Below the pieces are notes generated by a model. That model saw only the letters and a list, made by a program, of their open reading frames with translations. It ran no database searches and had not been told where the DNA came from. Position numbers and translations under genes: made by a program. This document shows, in pieces, positions 40,097 to 49,102 of a stretch of DNA of 64,000 bases (its first letter is position 1; every line of letters begins with the position of its first letter). The stretch is taken from contig JADGFA010000021.1 of NCBI GenBank assembly GCA_016744065.1, forward strand, positions 4,174 to 68,173, in the 5' to 3' direction. This DNA is from Gammaproteobacteria bacterium (GTDB lineage: Bacteria; Pseudomonadota; Gammaproteobacteria; SZUA-229).

Positions 40097-42196
40097 ATGT
40101 TGTTCAAATTAAAAAAGCACTTATATTCTATCGCTATACTACCTACGATCTTTACGCCTGCTCTTTCGGCTGAGGCAGAAAAAATAGCACAGTTTAAGCC
40201 AGGTATTACGGTTACTGGCACCAAAGAGGAGACATTACGGGCAGAGACATCTGAGACAGTTGGCCAGATAAATAAACAGGAAATACACGAAACAAAGCCA
40301 TCTCATCCATCAGAAATTATGCAGCGGGTACCGGGTGTGCATATCAATGTCACAGGCGGTGAAGGGCATATGACCTCTATTCGTCAGCCTATATCAACAA
40401 AACCGCTTTATCTTTATCTGGAAGATGGTATTCCAACCCGTTCGACAGGTTTTTTTAACCACAATGCACTCTATGAAGTAAATGTACCACAGGCATCAGG
40501 GATTGAAATTACCAAAGGCCCCGGAACTTCGTTATATGGCAGTGATGCAATAGGCGGTGTTATTAATGTGATTACCCAGGCTCCACCACTAAAGCCTGAG
40601 CTGGATTTATCACTCGAAGCAGGGGAGTTCGGCTGGCATCGACTGTTAACCAGTGTGGGTAATAGCTGGGATGATGATGGAATACGTGCTGATATTAATA
40701 TTACACACACGGATGGCTGGCGTGATGCGACTGAATATGATCGAGAGAGTGCAACAATACGCTGGGATCATTTTTTGCAAAGTGGCGCCAGTTTAAAAAC
40801 CTTATTGAGTGCATCAAATATTGACCAACAAACAGCAGGCTCTTCTCGAGTATCTGAAGATGATTATCATAATAACCCTACTGAGAACTATACGCCTGTT
40901 TCATATCGTAAAGTAAAGGCCGTACGCCTTTCTACGGCTTACGAAAAAGAAAGCCATAATACATTATTAAGCCTCACTCCTTTTGTCAGGCATAATTTTA
41001 TGGAATACATGCCTAACTGGTCGTTCAGCTATGACCCGAGTATAAAAGAGAGTGAAAGTGATTCAGTTGGTCTTTTAGCAAAATATCGACTGGATTTTGA
41101 TAAGTTCCGAACGCGCCTTATTTTTGGAGCCGATATAGATTACACCCCAGGTAGCCGTTTAGAGCACAGTATTGATGCGCTTAAAACCGGTGATATTTAT
41201 ACCTCATATACAAGGGCTGAGAAAATTTATGATTATGATGTCATTTTTCAGGCCGTATCACCTTATGTTCATGTGGAGACTTCTCCCTGGACAGGCTGGC
41301 GATTTAATGCAGGTTTACGTTATGACAATATGCAATATGATTACACAAATAATATGGCCGATGGCGCATTAGTAGTAAGCCCGACAAGCACCCGGTTTCC
41401 AGTAACCTATAACCACCCGACAGATGCTAAAGTCGATTTTGCACATTTTAGCCCTAAGCTTGGAGCAAGCTACCGTTTTAATAATGCCTTAAATGGATTT
41501 GCTTCTTACCGACATGCATTTCGTGCACCTTCTGAAAGCCAGATATTTCGTCCGGGTAGTAATGATGCATCGCTGAATTTAGAACCGGTGAAAGTAGACA
41601 GTTATGAAATTGGCTTAAGGGGAAAACCTGCCGAGTCTATTGATTATGAAGTATCTGTTTATTACATGACTAAAAAAGATGATCTGGTGACCTATGAAGA
41701 CCCGACCACGGAAGATAGAACTACCGTCAATGCGGGTGAAACGCTACACCGGGGTATTGAATTTGGTTTAAACAGTGAGTTATCAAAAGAATGGAGACTC
41801 AGCCTGAGTTACGCAAGAAATAAACACACATTTGAAAAATGGCTTGAAAAAGGAACCGACTTTAGTGGCAATGAAATACAGTCGGCACCAGAGGAAGTTG
41901 CTAATACAAGGTTAAATTACCGCCCTGCATTACTTAAAGGCGGGCGTATTGAGATGGAATGGGTACATCTTGGCGAGTACTGGATGGATCAGGATAATAC
42001 TGAAAAATACGCTGGGCATGATCTGCTAAATTTACGCCTGAATTACTTTGCAACAAAACACTTCGAAACGTTTGTTAGATTAATGAATGTGGGTGATAAA
42101 ACTTATGCTACCAGTGCATCATTTAGCCGGGGCGAATCAACTTTTGCACCAGGCATGCCGAGAACGTTTTATGCCGGTGCTGAGTATAAATTTTAA
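40097..42196 (+). CDS. TonB-dependent outer-membrane receptor
   Basis: Signal peptide; plug domain (ITVTGTKEE, RVPGVHIN, IEITKGPGTSLYGSDAIGGVINVIT); 22-strand barrel region ending FYAGAEYKF with a terminal Phe. Confidence 0.9.
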   Translation: MLFKLKKHLYSIAILPTIFTPALSAEAEKIAQFKPGITVTGTKEETLRAETSETVGQINKQEIHETKPSHPSEIMQRVPGVHINVTGGEGHMTSIRQPISTKPLYLYLEDGIPTRSTGFFNHNALYEVNVPQASGIEITKGPGTSLYGSDAIGGVINVITQAPPLKPELDLSLEAGEFGWHRLLTSVGNSWDDDGIRADINITHTDGWRDATEYDRESATIRWDHFLQSGASLKTLLSASNIDQQTAGSSRVSEDDYHNNPTENYTPVSYRKVKAVRLSTAYEKESHNTLLSLTPFVRHNFMEYMPNWSFSYDPSIKESESDSVGLLAKYRLDFDKFRTRLIFGADIDYTPGSRLEHSIDALKTGDIYTSYTRAEKIYDYDVIFQAVSPYVHVETSPWTGWRFNAGLRYDNMQYDYTNNMADGALVVSPTSTRFPVTYNHPTDAKVDFAHFSPKLGASYRFNNALNGFASYRHAFRAPSESQIFRPGSNDASLNLEPVKVDSYEIGLRGKPAESIDYEVSVYYMTKKDDLVTYEDPTTEDRTTVNAGETLHRGIEFGLNSELSKEWRLSLSYARNKHTFEKWLEKGTDFSGNEIQSAPEEVANTRLNYRPALLKGGRIEMEWVHLGEYWMDQDNTEKYAGHDLLNLRLNYFATKHFETFVRLMNVGDKTYATSASFSRGESTFAPGMPRTFYAGAEYKF

Positions 42197-43450
42197 ATGA
42201 AAACTTTACTTTTAATATCATATCTATTTATAACGATTGCAACTCCGGGCATAAGTCATGCAACCCATGGTGATAGTGGTGGCGGTGCGGCATCCACTCA
42301 GAATTCAGATGCCTGCCGTAATGTAAATCAATTACCCGAACTTGACTGTGCTTCAGCGCCTGATTCCGTTTTCGCGGATAATGGACGTCTATGGACAGTC
42401 TGGTCATATGCCGGACATGTTTATGTTAATTATTCTGATGATAAGGGGCGCTCTTATAGTAAAGCCGTTACCGTTAATCTTACAGCGGAAAAAATTTCTG
42501 CAAGAGGTGAAAATCGACCTAAAATTGCGCTAAATAATAAAGGAGGAATCTATATATCCTGGACGACACCTCTTGAAAAACGCTTCTCAGGTAATGTGCG
42601 TTTTAGTTATTCAAATAATAATGGGCGTAGCTTTTCTGAACCAGTCACTGTTAATGACAATCTTGATATTACGGGGCATCGCTTTGATGCGTTAACAGTA
42701 GCAGATAATGGTAATATCTATTTAGCCTGGCTGGATAAACGGGATAAGCTAAAAGCAATAAAAGAAGGTAAAAAATATACTGGGGCAGCTGTTTATTATG
42801 CCATGTCGGATGATGGCGGAAAAAGTTTTCATGCAAATAAAAAAATAATTGATAACAGCTGTGAATGTTGTCGTGTCGTTATTGATACAGATAACAGGGA
42901 CCTGCCGGTTATATTCTGGCGTAATATTTATGGTAAAAATACCAGGGATCATGCATTAGTTAATTTCGATTCAGCTAATAAAGCAGCAGAACCGGTGCGA
43001 ATAAGTTATGACAACTGGCAGGTTGATGCATGCCCGCATCATGGGCCTGATATGTCCCTTACACAATCAGGAAACATGCATCTGGTATGGTTTAATAATG
43101 CTGAAAAAAAACATGGGTTATTTTATAAACGTTTGAATAAGGATAATAGCTCCAGTGAAACATTTAGTTTTGGTAACTACAATGCAACCGCTTCTCATCC
43201 TAATGTTTTAAGTGCAGGGAATCGTGTCTGGTTAAGCTGGAAAGAGTTCGATGGAAAACAGGAAACAGCATGGGTGCAGTCTTCTGACAATAATGGTAAT
43301 ACCTGGTCAGATGCAAAAATAATAGCCAGCACGTTAAATGGTTCTGATTACCCTTTTTTGTTAAGCGATAAAAAAACAGTTTACCTTCAGTGGAAAACGA
43401 CTCAGGAAGGCTTTCAGATGCTGGTGGTTGATAAGAGTAAAGAGCGGTGA
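42197..43450 (+). CDS. secreted BNR/Asp-box beta-propeller (sialidase-fold) protein with a Cys/His cluster
   Basis: Signal peptide; four Asp-box motifs (SDDKGRSYS, SNNNGRSFS, SDDGGKSFH, SDNNGNTWS); CECCR and DACPHHGP motifs. The ATG directly abuts the receptor stop (TAAATG). Confidence 0.75.
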   Translation: MKTLLLISYLFITIATPGISHATHGDSGGGAASTQNSDACRNVNQLPELDCASAPDSVFADNGRLWTVWSYAGHVYVNYSDDKGRSYSKAVTVNLTAEKISARGENRPKIALNNKGGIYISWTTPLEKRFSGNVRFSYSNNNGRSFSEPVTVNDNLDITGHRFDALTVADNGNIYLAWLDKRDKLKAIKEGKKYTGAAVYYAMSDDGGKSFHANKKIIDNSCECCRVVIDTDNRDLPVIFWRNIYGKNTRDHALVNFDSANKAAEPVRISYDNWQVDACPHHGPDMSLTQSGNMHLVWFNNAEKKHGLFYKRLNKDNSSSETFSFGNYNATASHPNVLSAGNRVWLSWKEFDGKQETAWVQSSDNNGNTWSDAKIIASTLNGSDYPFLLSDKKTVYLQWKTTQEGFQMLVVDKSKER

Positions 43451-43923
43451 AAATACTCGTGTTAATAGCAGGTCTTTTTATGCCGTTAATAGCAAGTGCA
43501 GGTAATATGCTTATACCGTTTAAAACGGATAGTTATAATAAGCTGTTAATGAATAATGACGAAGCATTTCTAATGGTTATGTGGTCGCTTGATTGCCCAC
43601 CCTGCATTAAAGAACTCAATATGCTGGGTTTGTTGTATAAAAAAAATCCGAACCTGAATCTTGTTCTGGTTTCTACTGACTCAGTATCTCGTAGTAGTGA
43701 AATAAGTGGCTTTTTAAAAGAATCCGGTCTGTCTAATTTAAATAGCTGGATTTTCTCAGATGAATCTGGTCAAAAATTAAGATACTCAATTGATCCGCGG
43801 TGGTATGGCGAACTACCGCGCAGTTACTTTCATAACGATGAAGGTAAGAGCCGATGTTCTGTTTCTGGCCTGTTAGAAACAGATGAAATACTAGCCTGGT
43901 TAAACATTAATTTAGATAGTTGA
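43447..43923 (+). CDS. thioredoxin-fold protein, TlpA/ResA-like (CPPC)
   Basis: Signal peptide and redox motif WSLDCPPC. The GTG start overlaps the upstream stop (GTGA). Confidence 0.7.
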   Translation: MKILVLIAGLFMPLIASAGNMLIPFKTDSYNKLLMNNDEAFLMVMWSLDCPPCIKELNMLGLLYKKNPNLNLVLVSTDSVSRSSEISGFLKESGLSNLNSWIFSDESGQKLRYSIDPRWYGELPRSYFHNDEGKSRCSVSGLLETDEILAWLNINLDS

Positions 43924-43924
43924 A

Positions 43925-44623
43925 ATGACTCGTCATTTAAATATTACAACAGGAATATTATTATCATTTATTGTCCACGTGCTCGCATTTGTAACCTGGC
44001 AATCTAATTTTAAAAGTAATACCTCTTCTATTATTTCCGGTGTAAATAACCAGATAAGCATACAACTGGTTAAATATACTGAACCCGCTTCAAAAGTCAT
44101 AAATAAGGTGTTAGTTAATAAAGAACAGGCACCTGTTAAAAAAATAACTTCACTAGTTGATCGTGAAATGCCTGAACCAGCAGAAAAAGTCGTTGAGGAA
44201 ACGAATCAGGATTTAGATGTAGTACAAGAGGAAGCAGGGGTTGTTGATCATGCTGATGAGTTTACTAATGACTTAAAAAATATGCATCGACCAGCAGATA
44301 AAGCAAACGCCTTAAGCCAACAGATTGAAATGGATCTGGAAAAGCAAAAACAGGCGTATCTGCAACGATTACTGGCCCATATCGAATCATACAAGTTTTA
44401 TCCGGGTGCCGCTCGACGCCGATCGATTGAAGGCAGGTTAGATGTTGCCTTTTTTCTTGATCAGGACGGGGAGGCTTACCAATTGACAATTAACGGTGGA
44501 AGAGCCGTATTGCAACGGGCTGTGCGTCAGGCGCTTAATGATGCACAACCCTTACCCAGACCTCCCGCAAGCTTGAAAATGAATGAACAGATTGCATTTA
44601 GCATGGTTTATGAGCTTGAGTAG
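43925..44623 (+). CDS. TonB-family energy transducer
   Basis: N-terminal TM anchor, a charged/Pro-poor linker, and the C-terminal TonB_C-type domain (YPGAARRRSIEGRLDVAFFLDQDGEAYQLTI...). Starts 1 nt after the preceding stop. Confidence 0.75.
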   Translation: MTRHLNITTGILLSFIVHVLAFVTWQSNFKSNTSSIISGVNNQISIQLVKYTEPASKVINKVLVNKEQAPVKKITSLVDREMPEPAEKVVEETNQDLDVVQEEAGVVDHADEFTNDLKNMHRPADKANALSQQIEMDLEKQKQAYLQRLLAHIESYKFYPGAARRRSIEGRLDVAFFLDQDGEAYQLTINGGRAVLQRAVRQALNDAQPLPRPPASLKMNEQIAFSMVYELE

Positions 44624-44636
44624 GTAAGGGTAAGGT

Positions 44637-45002
44637 CTATTTATCCAGCATACTTTTCAAATCAGCAAACGGGTTATTGGTTGCTTCCTCTTGCTCATTT
44701 TTACCCATAACAATGCCATGTTCAGCTAATTGTTCTTCATAACGCTGGTGTTCATTATCATGGCAATACAGACATAATAACTCCCAGTTGCTTCCATCCG
44801 TCGGGTTATCATCATGGTCATGATTTATATGATGCACGGTTAACTCCTGCAGGTTCGTTCGGTTAAACTCGCGGCAGCAACGACCACATATGTGTGGATA
44901 CATTTTTAAAGCTTGTTCACGGTAGCCATGGCCCCTTATTTCCGCATCTTTACGGGCTTTAGCGACTACTCGATCCAGTTTTTCGTTATCTATCTTTTTC
45001 AT
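44637..45002 (-). CDS. yajD: HNH nuclease family protein YajD
   Basis: GYREQALKMYPHICGRCCREF...LTVHHINHDHDDNPTDGSNWELLCLYCHDNEH...NPFADLKSML is collinear with E. coli YajD. Confidence 0.9.
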   Translation of the reverse strand: MKKIDNEKLDRVVAKARKDAEIRGHGYREQALKMYPHICGRCCREFNRTNLQELTVHHINHDHDDNPTDGSNWELLCLYCHDNEHQRYEEQLAEHGIVMGKNEQEEATNNPFADLKSMLDK

Positions 45003-45190
45003 TAAATTATGGCCTTATCCATACGGGTATTTAAAATATCTCAGTAATATAAATAATATAGGGTTTAGCGATCCTGTTTCAATACATTCTAAGGTTTTAT
45101 ATTTTATCTGAAACATGTCTTTTATGGAGATTATCCTTCACTAATTTAGCCGGTTCTGTGACAATAGCCCACCCAAATCAGGATATTCAT

Positions 45191-45673
45191 GTGACAAATA
45201 ACGACATACTACGCCGAATCCGCTATACCTTTGATTTCGATGACTCGAAAATGATGGGATTATTGAGCCTGGAAGAAGAACCGGTAACCCGGGATCAAAT
45301 GAGCGACTGGTTAAAGAAAGAAGATGACCCGGCGTATCAGGCCATTAATGATAAACATCTGGCGATTTTTCTGAATAATCTGATTGATGAGAATCGGGGC
45401 AAAAAAGAAGGGGCACAGCCCCAGCTTGAAAAACACCTGACCAATAATATTATCTTTAAAAAGTTAAGAATAGCTTTAAACCTCAAGGATGACGATATAC
45501 TGGAAATGATGGAGTCAGCCGGTTTTAGTATTAGCAAACATGAGTTAAGTGCATTGTTCCGTAAAAAGGGCCACAAGCATCACCGTGTATGTAAAGACCA
45601 GATATTGCGTAATTTTTTACAGGGCATGCAGAAAAAATACCGCCCGAAAGATTACTATAAGCAGGAAGAATAA
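45191..45673 (+). CDS. DUF1456 (YehS-like) protein
   Basis: NNDILRRIRYTFDFDD and a second repeat IIFKKLRIALNLKDDD form the two DUF1456 repeats. GTG 45191 fits the family N-terminus better than the upstream start at 45158. Confidence 0.7.
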   Translation: MTNNDILRRIRYTFDFDDSKMMGLLSLEEEPVTRDQMSDWLKKEDDPAYQAINDKHLAIFLNNLIDENRGKKEGAQPQLEKHLTNNIIFKKLRIALNLKDDDILEMMESAGFSISKHELSALFRKKGHKHHRVCKDQILRNFLQGMQKKYRPKDYYKQEE

Positions 45674-45882
45674 TGGAACTGTTTGAGCTTGAAGGCCATG
45701 AATATATTGAGTTAAATAATCTGTTAAAAATAACCGGTTTATGTGAAAGCGGCGGCAGGGCAAAAAGTCTTATTTCAGAAGGTCAGGTTAAGGTTGATGA
45801 TAAGGTTGAACTGCGCAAACGCTGTAAAGTTCGTAAAGGACAGGTTGTCGAGTTTAATGCCCAAAAGGTACAGGTTAGTTAA
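45673..45882 (+). CDS. S4-domain RNA-binding protein (YbcJ-like)
   Basis: 69 aa. LLKITGLCESGGRAKSLISEGQVKVDDKVELRKRCKVRKGQVV parallels E. coli YbcJ. Confidence 0.8.
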   Translation: MELFELEGHEYIELNNLLKITGLCESGGRAKSLISEGQVKVDDKVELRKRCKVRKGQVVEFNAQKVQVS

Positions 45883-45897
45883 ACAGGATTAATCTGT

Positions 45898-46380
45898 ATG
45901 AATAAGCGCCTGTTGATTAAACAGATACTGCAAGAATTAGAACATGTGCATCAGGGAGCCGTAGCTGCGGCTCAAAGAGCCTACGATACGGCTACCGACG
46001 AAGAGAATGAAGCCGAAAATAAATATGACACATTAGGTCTCGAAGCATCATACCTGGCCCATGGGCAATCTAAACGAGTTGCAGAATGTGAAGCAGACCT
46101 GATCACCTTCGGAAAGCTAAAAATAGTTGAGTGTTTGCCCAATAGCTTGTTATCAATTGGTTCACTGGTGAATATTGAAGATGAAGAGGGTGTACAGCAA
46201 TTTGTTTTTTTAAGCCCTGTTGCGGGTGGCCTTAAAATTATTTTTAACCAGAAAGAAATAACCATCGTTACGCCATCAGCACCACTTGGAAAAGCCTTAA
46301 GTGCAAATCGGCTAGGTGATGATATTGAAGTACAAACAGGTAAAGATAAAAAAGTTTATCAAATAACCGCCGTCTACTAA
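45898..46380 (+). CDS. GreA/GreB-family (C-terminal domain) protein
   Basis: 160 aa with an N-terminal coiled coil and the C-terminal pattern GSLVNIEDEEG...SPVAGG...SPLGKALSANRLGD, typical of Gre-factor C-terminal domains. Confidence 0.6.
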   Translation: MNKRLLIKQILQELEHVHQGAVAAAQRAYDTATDEENEAENKYDTLGLEASYLAHGQSKRVAECEADLITFGKLKIVECLPNSLLSIGSLVNIEDEEGVQQFVFLSPVAGGLKIIFNQKEITIVTPSAPLGKALSANRLGDDIEVQTGKDKKVYQITAVY

Positions 46381-46408
46381 TAAAATAAATATAATTATAA
46401 GGTTCTCC

Positions 46409-46651
46409 ATGAAACTATTAATACGTAATCTTGCCCGTACGACCACAGAGCAGGAAGTTAAACAACTGTTTGAACCTTTTGGCGATGTACAATCCTGCGT
46501 TATCGTTATGGATAAAAGCACGGGTGTATCAAAAGGTTTTGGTTTTGTCGAAATGCCTAAAGCCGGTGATGCTAAAGCGGCGATAAAAAGTCTTAATAAT
46601 CAGGAAATAGCGGGTAACAAAATTCGTGTTAAAAAAGCTGATGCTAAATAA
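46409..46651 (+). CDS. RRM-type RNA-binding protein
   Basis: 80 aa with RNP-2 LLIRNL and RNP-1 KGFGFVEM. Confidence 0.85.
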   Translation: MKLLIRNLARTTTEQEVKQLFEPFGDVQSCVIVMDKSTGVSKGFGFVEMPKAGDAKAAIKSLNNQEIAGNKIRVKKADAK

Positions 46652-47002
46652 ATAGTGTAATTGGTTAAAGAAAAACGGTATTATTCAAAGCCTAAATAGA
46701 AAAGGAAAAATGAATGATAATTTTGAAATGGAATTATTCCTCCATTAGCTTAAAGGTGAAAGAACACACGAATACATTCTTCATTGGATTATTTGACAGC
46801 TGATAACTTTGAGGTGATAAAGGGTTGATAATATATATAACAAAGTATGTATTAAAAACTGGGTGGCTTCCAAGCGAAATAACTCATAACCCGTTGCTTC
46901 TGCTTCATAACAAAAAAACAATGATTTACCGATAGAAACGAGTTTACGCAAGGTTTTTTAAAGTTAGTTAATGTACAGTCAATACTACCGTATTGACGTA
47001 TT

Positions 47003-47215
47003 TAACTTCGATTATCATTGATTAATGATAAAACTATAGATTCTTTGTGGACGCCCATGCCGATAAAAAGTATATTAGCATATGTCATGTCGATTTCTGA
47101 GTCTGTTAATGAAGGATTATACTTTCGTATTATGATACTGGCTGCTCTGGTAGCTAACCCACGTTAGGACGGAGATCTGCACCCTGTTTTAAGGCAAGGG
47201 GAAATCATTATGTCT
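47003..47215 (-). mobile_element. IS110-family 5' end remnant, copy A (leader plus first ~28 codons)
   Basis: The reverse complement reads AGACATAATGATTTCCCCTTGCCTT...ATGACATATGCTAATATACTTTTTATCGGCATGGGCGTCCACAAAGAATCT = MTYANILFIGMGVHKESIVLSL..., the IS110 (DEDD) transposase N-terminal motif, followed by a stop. It is roughly 85-90 percent identical by eye to 48757-48970. Confidence 0.7.
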
Positions 47216-47234
47216 ATATTACTAGGAGAAAAAA

Positions 47235-47555
47235 GTGAGAAAAAAATTAATTTCAGCAATTTTTATATTCGGTTTCAGTTCCGTTGCTTATTGTAGCGGT
47301 CATGCAAACTATGATGTAGTAGCTGTTGGTTGTATGCCTAGTGGTACTTGTTATATACAAATATCACCTACCGCTACAAATACAGTCTGTACTCTAAAGG
47401 ACCAAATAAGATTTGATATTACTCTTCCTGGTTCAAAGCCTCAATACTCAGCAGCATTGTCTGCGCTTATGGCTGGTAAACAAATAACTGCAAATTTAAC
47501 TGATGTTTGCATAGATGATTTTCCTGTACCAGATTGGTTACAAGTAAATAAATAA
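47235..47555 (+). CDS. small secreted protein (106 aa), family shared with 27843-28184
   Basis: GGAGAAAAAA RBS, signal peptide, several Cys, and the segment KPQYSAALSALMAGK shared with the 27843 ORF. Confidence 0.55.
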   Translation: MRKKLISAIFIFGFSSVAYCSGHANYDVVAVGCMPSGTCYIQISPTATNTVCTLKDQIRFDITLPGSKPQYSAALSALMAGKQITANLTDVCIDDFPVPDWLQVNK

Positions 47556-47699
47556 AAATATAACAAATAAATCAACTTGACCATAATTAGCTACAATCTA
47601 AAAATTAGGCTGTAGCTAATTACGTCAAATTATTAAAGCATTATAAATAAAAAATATTTCATGATGTATGGGGTCATGCTTTTTTTGTCTTTTTGAATA

Positions 47700-48275
47700 C
47701 TAAGTCGGTTTTTCTTCACTGACAAGCATATCTATGAATTTTTCAAATCGCCTCTGTCTGGTTTCGGGTTTCTTCGCACTTATTAACCCGTGTGCAATAA
47801 CAGAACGACTCGATTTAGTGAGTGTTTCAAAAAACTGCTTCGCCTTCGGCCTGGTCTTTAGAGCTAATAAAAAATCCGCAGGCACTTTCATTTCACTTAC
47901 CATATAGGCGTTTTCCCACCTGCCGTCTGCCCTGGCGGCACGAACGTGTACGAGCCCTGACTCCTTCATTCGACCTTCGCTTATTAAACGCTCGACATGC
48001 TCAGTGTTCCTTTTAGACCAGTTGCTTCGCGTTTTCCGTGGAGTGACCCGCTGGAGATAGGCTTGGTCATCGAACGACTTCTTGACACCATCGATCCAGC
48101 CCTAGCACAAAATCTCAATCACGACATCGTCCCAGGTCACACTCGGAATCCCAGTCTTTTTCTTGAATATCTTCACCCACAGTTCACTTTCGATAAGGTG
48201 ATTGTCCTTGAGCCACTGGCTGAGATCTTTCGACAATGCAAAGGACATGATTTTCGCTGGATCGGGTTTAGGCAT
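47700..48275 (-). pseudogene. YdeI/OmpD-associated family gene with an in-frame TAG
   Basis: The minus strand reads MPKPDPAKIMSF...ELWVKIFKKKTGIPSVTWDDVVIEILC*GWIDGVKKSFDDQAYLQRVTPRKTRSNWSKRNTEHVERLISEGRMKESGL...RRFEKFIDML. The stop (plus-strand CTA at 48102-48104) interrupts the conserved LC-x-GWID motif. Confidence 0.75.
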
Positions 48276-48327
48276 ATGACACCATTATCTTTAGTTAGAT
48301 TTTAGTGTCCACTTTATCGGGGGAAGA

Positions 48328-48708
48328 TCAGCCTTGTGCTTCAAAGTCATCTTCACGTAGTTTTGCCGTGCCGTCAGATTGTATGACCCAAAGCTCTTTA
48401 TGGATAACCCCACTGGCTTTATTCATTTTCCAGCCAGATCTTAATACAGCACTCATTTCATCGAGCACTTCTACAACAGGATCAATGTAATCGACATCTG
48501 AAAAACCATCATCAATTAATTTTTGCCAAAATGCCGTTATTTCATTGGTTCCAGTAAATGTACCGAAAGGTTTTGCGTTCATAACTGCATTTTTTTCGTA
48601 TTGTGCAGCACAGCCCGCAGCATTTCCTGAATTAAATGCCTCTTTCCATTTAGCACTAGAATTACTTACTAAATTTAGGACAGTATTTTTTTGTTCTTCG
48701 CTAATCAT
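48328..48708 (-). CDS. NTF2/SnoaL-like fold protein
   Basis: 126 aa. The pattern KWKEAFNSGNAAGCAAQYEKNAVM...FWQKLIDDGF...VIQSDGTAKLREDDFE is typical of SnoaL/DUF4440-like proteins. Confidence 0.6.
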   Translation of the reverse strand: MISEEQKNTVLNLVSNSSAKWKEAFNSGNAAGCAAQYEKNAVMNAKPFGTFTGTNEITAFWQKLIDDGFSDVDYIDPVVEVLDEMSAVLRSGWKMNKASGVIHKELWVIQSDGTAKLREDDFEAQG

Positions 48709-48756
48709 GATTAATTCTCTAAATGAACTATTTTTTAATATTGTTTTTAAGGGCTA

Positions 48757-48970
48757 GACATAATGATTTCCCCCTGCCTTAAAAAAGGCTGCTGATCTCC
48801 GTCCTAACGTGGGTTAGCTATCAGAGCAGCTAGTAGTGCCATAATATGAAAGTGTAATCCTTCATTAACAGGCTCAGAAATCGACATGACACAATCTAAT
48901 ATACTTTTTATCGGCATGGACGTCTACAAAGAATCTATAGTTGTATCACTAGCCTATGATGATCGAAGAA
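48757..48970 (+). mobile_element. IS110-family 5' end remnant, copy B (inverted relative to copy A)
   Basis: AGACATAATGATTTCCCCCTGCCTT...ATGACACAATCTAATATACTTTTTATCGGCATGGACGTCTACAAAGAATCT = MTQSNILFIGMDVYKESIVVSLAYDDRR.... Similarity to copy A stops at the same point. Confidence 0.7.
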
Positions 48971-49102
48971 TAATTATCAAGACACCTGTTATTTATTTTT
49001 GTACATATTTCTATTTATCCTTCTGCACTATAACGCTGCCTTCAGCGGAGCAGGCGCATTAGCGACTGTGTCTGCTGGAAGGCATTGTTATATTTCGGCT
49101 CA

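Noticed and set aside
47997-48490. Plus-strand ORFs of 102 and 61 aa
   Set aside because: They are antisense shadows of the ydeI-like pseudogene and the SnoaL-like gene, whose minus-strand translations carry clear family motifs.
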